Shown: positions 58,701 through 64,000 of the stretch, in pieces
Position numbering within the stretch: position 1 is the stretch's first letter
How the letters are laid out: every line of letters begins with the position of its first letter
NCBI GenBank assembly: GCA_008690995.1
Contig: VRMN01000001.1
Span: forward strand, 62,001 to 126,000
Direction of reading: 5' to 3'
Source: Porphyridium purpureum
Lineage: Eukaryota
Length of the DNA stretch: 64,000 nt
Made by a program: the position numbers and the translations under genes
Notes under the pieces: model-generated
What the model saw: the letters and a program-made list of their open reading frames with translations, nothing else
Told to the model about the DNA's origin: nothing
Database searches by the model: none

Positions 58701-61076
58701 TTACAGTTGCTGTGACTTCAAAGCGTTTTCCTTGGGATGTGATTGGGCAGGAGCTGACCCTTTGGAAACAGCCTTCTGGTACCACGTGGTCGCCGCCGCC
58801 CCATTTACAGGCAGGCCGCCTTTTCCTTCCTTGTAGTAGGTCGCAACTTTAAGCTGGGCATCGGTGTGTCCCTGCTTCGCAGCCTTGAAGAACCAGTAGA
58901 TAGCCATGACCTCGTCGGTTGCTAAACTAGCTTTGCCCAGCTCATAAAATGAACCCACTTTAAACTGTGCGCCTGCGTGACCTCGCATGGCGGCTTTTCG
59001 ATACCGTTTGAAAGCCTTGCGCGAGTCCATCGGAACCCCGAGCCCTCCCTTTTCAAAGCACAGCCCGAGATTGACTAGCGCGCCGGTATGTCCTAGCTCT
59101 GCCGCTTTACGATACAACGTGACCGCCGCATCCTCATCGACCTGAAGACCCCCGCTCCCTTGGGCATACATCACTGCCATATTGTTCAGAGCAGCTGCAT
59201 GATCCTTTTCTGCAGCCGCCAGAAACCATCTGATCGCCTCCTTCTTGTCGACGGGCTGACCCGCCTTGCCATGCAGAAAACATAGCCCAATCAAGTACTG
59301 AGCTTCAGCATGCCCTTGTTTTGCGGCTTTGCGATACCACGCGACCGCTTTAGCCGTGTCCACAGAAACACCGCTTGTTCCATATTGGCATCGGACACCC
59401 ATGAGATACTGTGCTTCCATATGTCCTAGTACCGCGGCCCTCTCATACCAAGTCGTTGCTATTCGCTTGTTGACGGCGAGCTTGAATTTTCCGTGCTCAT
59501 AGGCGTCGGCCACTTTGTACTGAGCATCCGCATTATTCAGATCAGCTGCCTTTTGGTACCATTGCCAAGCCTCAACAAGGTCCCGATATGCGCCACCTTC
59601 TCCGCGTTCGCAAAAGTCACCTACTTTAAACATGGCAGCTGGGTGTCCAGCCATGGCCGCCTTCCGATACCACAGAAGCGCGTCATCCAGATCTAGTTGC
59701 GTGCGGTATTTAGCTTCTTTTCCAAACTCTTGGCACAGTCCAACATTGTACTGCGCGTCTACGTGCCCTTGCTCTGCGGCTCTGAAGTACAAGTCAAAGT
59801 CTGCACGCCGATACTTGGCGAAACGGCCCTTCCGGTTACTTTCAAGATATGTCTTCCATTTCCACGGCGCGCGCATGTGCTTCCGAAGTCCGGCCTGCTC
59901 GTTGGTGAACATCTTGCCCAAGTTATTCTGAGCATCGGCAAGCCCTGCAATCACGGCTTTCGAAATCAGATTAAGCGCTTCATGCTCGTCTCTCGGTAAG
60001 TCCGCCAGCCCATCGCGAAACCAAACGCCCAAATAGTTCTGAGCTTTTGCACAGTCTTGGGCGGCAGCTTGGCGCATCCAATGGACAGCCTCGCTGTAGT
60101 TCACGACTAGGTTGCCCTTCCCATGAAAATAAGACAATCCCAAGTTACACTGAGCATCCGCTAGATTTTGGTCTGCAGCTTGCTGGTAAAACTCGACCGC
60201 CAAGGAAAGGTTACAATCTAGGCCGAGTTCACCATGTTCATAGGCGACTCCCAATCTGTTCTGAGCCTCCGCGTATCCTTGCATCGCGGCCGTACGATAC
60301 CATGACACGGCCTCCTGGCCGTCCTTTGACAAACCACACTTTCCGTGCTCGTAGTACTCGCCAAGCTTGTACTGTGCCAGAATCTCATTTCCTCGCGCGG
60401 CCTTGAGATACCAATCCATCGCTTCGCGCGTATCTGGCGTCAGATAGGCTCTTCCATGCTCGTAGCAGGCACCTACGATGAGTTGCGCGGATGTGCAGCC
60501 TTGCCTCGCGGCTTTCAGGTACCAATCGACCGCGGCAGATTGGTTCTCGCGCAACGACTGGTACCCGGTAGAATAAAAATGACCCACAGCAAGCTGTGCC
60601 GCTGCATGCCCTTGCACTGCCGCTTGGCGGTACCATACGAAGGCCTTCTCCTTGTTGGCCGCTTGATTATCTATTGCGTGCTCCAACGCCACGCCCATTT
60701 CGTACTGTGCAATTGCATCGCCCGATTCGGCTTTGACGCGAAGAGCATCGAGATTACCATTTTTACCGCTCTGATGTTGGGTTGCGTTGCTTGATCCAGC
60801 TTCCGAGTGCGTGGCACGAATCCCATGACAGGGCGCCTTGTGTTTTTGCGAAATCAAGCTTTTCCATCCACCCGATAACGTCGATGTCCGCCTTCCTTTG
60901 GCTGCTCTCCACATGCCAGGTTCACCATGCACATACCGGGCGCTCATCCCCAGCCGCGCGACGACATGCACGGAAACTGCCGCTTCTAGCGCAGCACGTA
61001 GGCGCGCACCAGGCACCACAGCATCCCTCCACGCGCCGGTTCGATACACATGTCGAAAGCGCCTCGGCCAGAACAT
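58701..61076 (-). CDS. Sel1-like repeat solenoid protein C (~17 repeats), putative mitochondrial presequence
   Basis: Same 37-aa repeats. Leader MFWPRRFRHVYR.. is Arg-rich. Basic insertion in repeat 8. Confidence 0.92.
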   Translation of the reverse strand: MFWPRRFRHVYRTGAWRDAVVPGARLRAALEAAVSVHVVARLGMSARYVHGEPGMWRAAKGRRTSTLSGGWKSLISQKHKAPCHGIRATHSEAGSSNATQHQSGKNGNLDALRVKAESGDAIAQYEMGVALEHAIDNQAANKEKAFVWYRQAAVQGHAAAQLAVGHFYSTGYQSLRENQSAAVDWYLKAARQGCTSAQLIVGACYEHGRAYLTPDTREAMDWYLKAARGNEILAQYKLGEYYEHGKCGLSKDGQEAVSWYRTAAMQGYAEAQNRLGVAYEHGELGLDCNLSLAVEFYQQAADQNLADAQCNLGLSYFHGKGNLVVNYSEAVHWMRQAAAQDCAKAQNYLGVWFRDGLADLPRDEHEALNLISKAVIAGLADAQNNLGKMFTNEQAGLRKHMRAPWKWKTYLESNRKGRFAKYRRADFDLYFRAAEQGHVDAQYNVGLCQEFGKEAKYRTQLDLDDALLWYRKAAMAGHPAAMFKVGDFCERGEGGAYRDLVEAWQWYQKAADLNNADAQYKVADAYEHGKFKLAVNKRIATTWYERAAVLGHMEAQYLMGVRCQYGTSGVSVDTAKAVAWYRKAAKQGHAEAQYLIGLCFLHGKAGQPVDKKEAIRWFLAAAEKDHAAALNNMAVMYAQGSGGLQVDEDAAVTLYRKAAELGHTGALVNLGLCFEKGGLGVPMDSRKAFKRYRKAAMRGHAGAQFKVGSFYELGKASLATDEVMAIYWFFKAAKQGHTDAQLKVATYYKEGKGGLPVNGAAATTWYQKAVSKGSAPAQSHPKENALKSQQL

Positions 61077-61999
61077 CTGCCCTACGCAACCAAAGCTGCT
61101 TGCTCCTCAAACATGAACGCTCAACGACGCAGCAGCAGACGCAGCAGCTGACGCAGTAGCAAACGCAGTGGTGGCGGCAGTACCAGCAGCAGCAACAGCA
61201 GCGTCGTCGCCCTCGTCGCCAATGTCGCCCCCGGTCCTCGCCGCGCGTGATGCCGCCACCACCCGGGCAGCGCCAGCGGCAAACCGGTTTAAACCGATAG
61301 CGCCGAGAACGCTGACTGTACCTTTAGTACAGTTTCATTCTAAGGTGTCGCGCGCCAGCAGACGCGCACAGCGCGACAGCTTTTCTTGAAAGGCGGGCGA
61401 GAGCTGGTGTTGGCGAAGGTCGCGAGGCAAGAGAATGAGGCCTTTTTTCCTGCGCGGGAATTTTTTGTTTGGCCTCGTTGGTCTCTACTTCGGCTGGAGC
61501 TTGGCGCAGAAGGTTGACTTCGACAGTGTAAAGAAGAACGTATTCTCAAAGAAAGAAAGAAAGTATCTTTGGAGCGAGAGACAAAAGAGAGTGTGTCCGG
61601 AGAAGTGGTGTCGTGACACGACGGAAAAGAGTCGACCAGGAGCCCTCCGACTTCGCAGTAAGATTGCTTAAAAAAAAGCAGTGAATAGACCTCGTGGTGA
61701 CAGAGGAGGAAGACCTAGGCGAGAACCACGTTATTGACTTGTACGCCTGAGTCTGATTGTGCAAGCAGTGGGCTTTGGCATTGAGCGTACTGCTTGGAGC
61801 GACGGTCAGGTCTGACTGTGAAAGCAGTGGGCTTTGGCATTGGGATTACCGGTCTGTGTGACAAATAGGTTAGGCTGTAGAACCTGCGCGCTTGCGCTTT
61901 GTGACGTGCTTCAGTCGTTGAACGGTGTTCAATTGTGGAATCACTTGACTATGCGTCAACATTCGGTATGTCTCAGTAGGATCAAGAGGCCATGCAACG

Positions 62000-64000
62000 A
62001 CTCCTGGACCGTATGATTGGGCCAGTTGGGAAACTTGGTCAGCTTCTGTCGGGGCCGCAGGCGCAGGCACACACTGAAAATAAAGAAGTGCAGGTCCCGG
62101 GAGGACATTTGGTCCACCGCTGGCTCTAGAAGATTTGGAGATCAAATATATGAATATAGAAGAACTGAAGGTATGGCAACAAGCCTACAAAGGTTCGGAC
62201 TTTGCAAAGCAAGGCGATCCGCGCTTCGTAACTTGTTTCAGCAAACATTGTTGATTGCTTGACGATCACCCTGCTGTGAACCATATCGGGGATCACCTGG
62301 AAGCGAAATAGACCAGCTCTGCCTTCGTGGGCGCAGCACAACTGTATCATGATCGCTTGTGGGTCGGAATTGTGAATGTGCTGGAAATCCAGAATGCTAT
62401 GCGTAACCTCTTTTGCAACGGGATCGGTGCCTAGACCATTCGAATCTGCTTCGAGCACGCCAGGATGGTGAACCGCGAAAGCGTGTAATCTTTCAATCAG
62501 CCATTGACTCAGCTTGCTTTGGCCCTGCCGGTCCCGCTAGGTGAATTGGGCTAAAGATTCGTTGCATCAAGGGACTACCCGAGTGCCTTCATGATTGCAT
62601 TATATGCTGCAAGGCTCGTACACCAAAGCCGTTGCTGCAACAGCTACGCATCAAGAAGAGTGGCTCGCGGGCCGCACACCGGAGCTCAAGAAAGTGTCAA
62701 TAAAGGCGATTGACATTTCCTTCACTTTGATGGCCGGTTGACGTAAGCATGAGTAACAGGAACTCTTGTTCCTTCCACTGGAGGATCTTGTAACAGACGC
62801 CAAAGCAGGTGAGGTCGTCATTGATGCAGTGGATCATGTTCTGCCTACCTAATCACCGATTGTCCGTTTCCACACAACAGTACCTTCTCTTAAGCCCCCG
62901 GGCCCGACAAATAACCCACACTCGGTTGGACATAGGGCTGGCCCGGCCTTCTACTATTTCAGTCCGTCACAACATGCGGACTTCGAGACAAAAGATCGCA
63001 AGAGCGATCACGTGGGAGAGTCTAGAGTAAAATGGGGAGAAGGAGGACGGATGAGACAGAAAAGTGCCCGACCATCCGCTGCTAGAGCTATAAGTGGCGA
63101 GGCCACCGCTTCCTGTCAAGCACCTTCTAGCTCTTCGAACAGAGCCTTTTCCACGAATGTTGGCCCAGCCCCGGTGTCAACCTTAGACTCAAAAGTCACC
63201 TCTCCGCGGGACGTTGGCAACGCAACTGGTATACGAATCGGCAGTTGGTTCATTTTCGAGTCCATCACTTCAGTCTCAATCGCATCTGACTCTTCCAATT
63301 GATGTTCTATTTGATGAGCCGGCCCGGACCAAATGTAATCATTTTCGTCTGGCGGCCCCAATTCCACAGTATCAATGGATTCCGGCGGGACTACCAATGT
63401 TGAAACGGTGGAGTCTAGCGCCCCAACTCATTGTGAACCCAGAAGGTCGATTTTCCATCAGGACAATCTTTTTTTTGGTGACCAATTTTGTAGCGACCAC
63501 AACACTCAGCTACAGCGGATCTCGACGACTGTCTCGTCGCTTATTGAACATACCTGGGCTTTACAGCTTGTTGTGCTAGAGGCATCAGAACCACTTTAGG
63601 AGCAAGAGCAAAACCATTCACTGTAGGATTTGGCATTTGACTTGGGCTTCTCCATTGGGGTTGCACCGGTGTCACAATTGTCGGCGCTCCCAAGGCATCG
63701 ACTTGTGCATGGATTGACCATGATCCTTCCACTCGATGCGATGCACCTTCCTCGTCTTTCACTGGCAGGTGGCCACCTCGCCGCCTGGCCAAGTATAGAG
63801 CGTTCTTTCGTACCACCCAAACCGCTTCAGCAAAGCTCGCACCGACCATCAAAGATTATACCTTCAAAATTGACGGAAGTCCCGTCAAGAAGCGGATTTT
63901 AATATCTCGATCCTCTGGAACGACAGCTTGACGTGTGGATGATTCCGAAACTTTTGCGGCATAGTCTCCCACTGACTGCTTGTCACTCAGACGCAGGTTT
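62000..64000 (-). mobile_element. Decayed Ty3/Gypsy element running off the window end
   Basis: Protease KVDTGAGPTFV (~63150-63185), RT-like CINDDL (~62810-62830) and RNase H-like EADSNGLG / HNSDPQAI (62126-62458), in Gypsy order with many stops. Confidence 0.65.

Overview
Eukaryotic nuclear DNA, compact and intron-poor. Plastid-type transit peptides (MAF.., MLGFV..) and a nuclear plastid Cpn60 point to a unicellular red alga such as Porphyridium (inference, not proven). Gene islands alternate with transposon graveyards. Host genes: MsrB-like protein lacking its catalytic Cys, tiny F-box+Sel1 ORF in frame with a CDK10/11-like kinase, DUF6737-like plastid membrane protein, DHHC palmitoyltransferase, PA2G4/EBP1, PLAC8, membrane-anchored 2OG-Fe(II) oxygenase, cyclophilin, plastid Cpn60, F-box/ankyrin protein, the meiotic helicase MER3/HFM1 (4 exons reconstructed), an unknown protein, and three intronless ~800-aa Sel1-repeat solenoids with mitochondrial-like presequences. 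Mobile DNA: one near-intact Ty3/Gypsy chromovirus (23128-30073, LTRs plus CCTA target duplication), apparently nested in a decayed Copia element. Its gag and pol share a frame and are separated by a single TGA, and it has a palindrome/stem instead of a tRNA primer site. Also three decayed copies of an IR/DR-type Tc1 (DD34E) element and several Gypsy, Ulp1-like, Harbinger-like and hAT-like relics. Strongest candidates for new biology: the Sel1-solenoid family, the read-through/self-priming chromovirus, the F-box-Sel1/CDK arrangement and the pseudo-MsrB.
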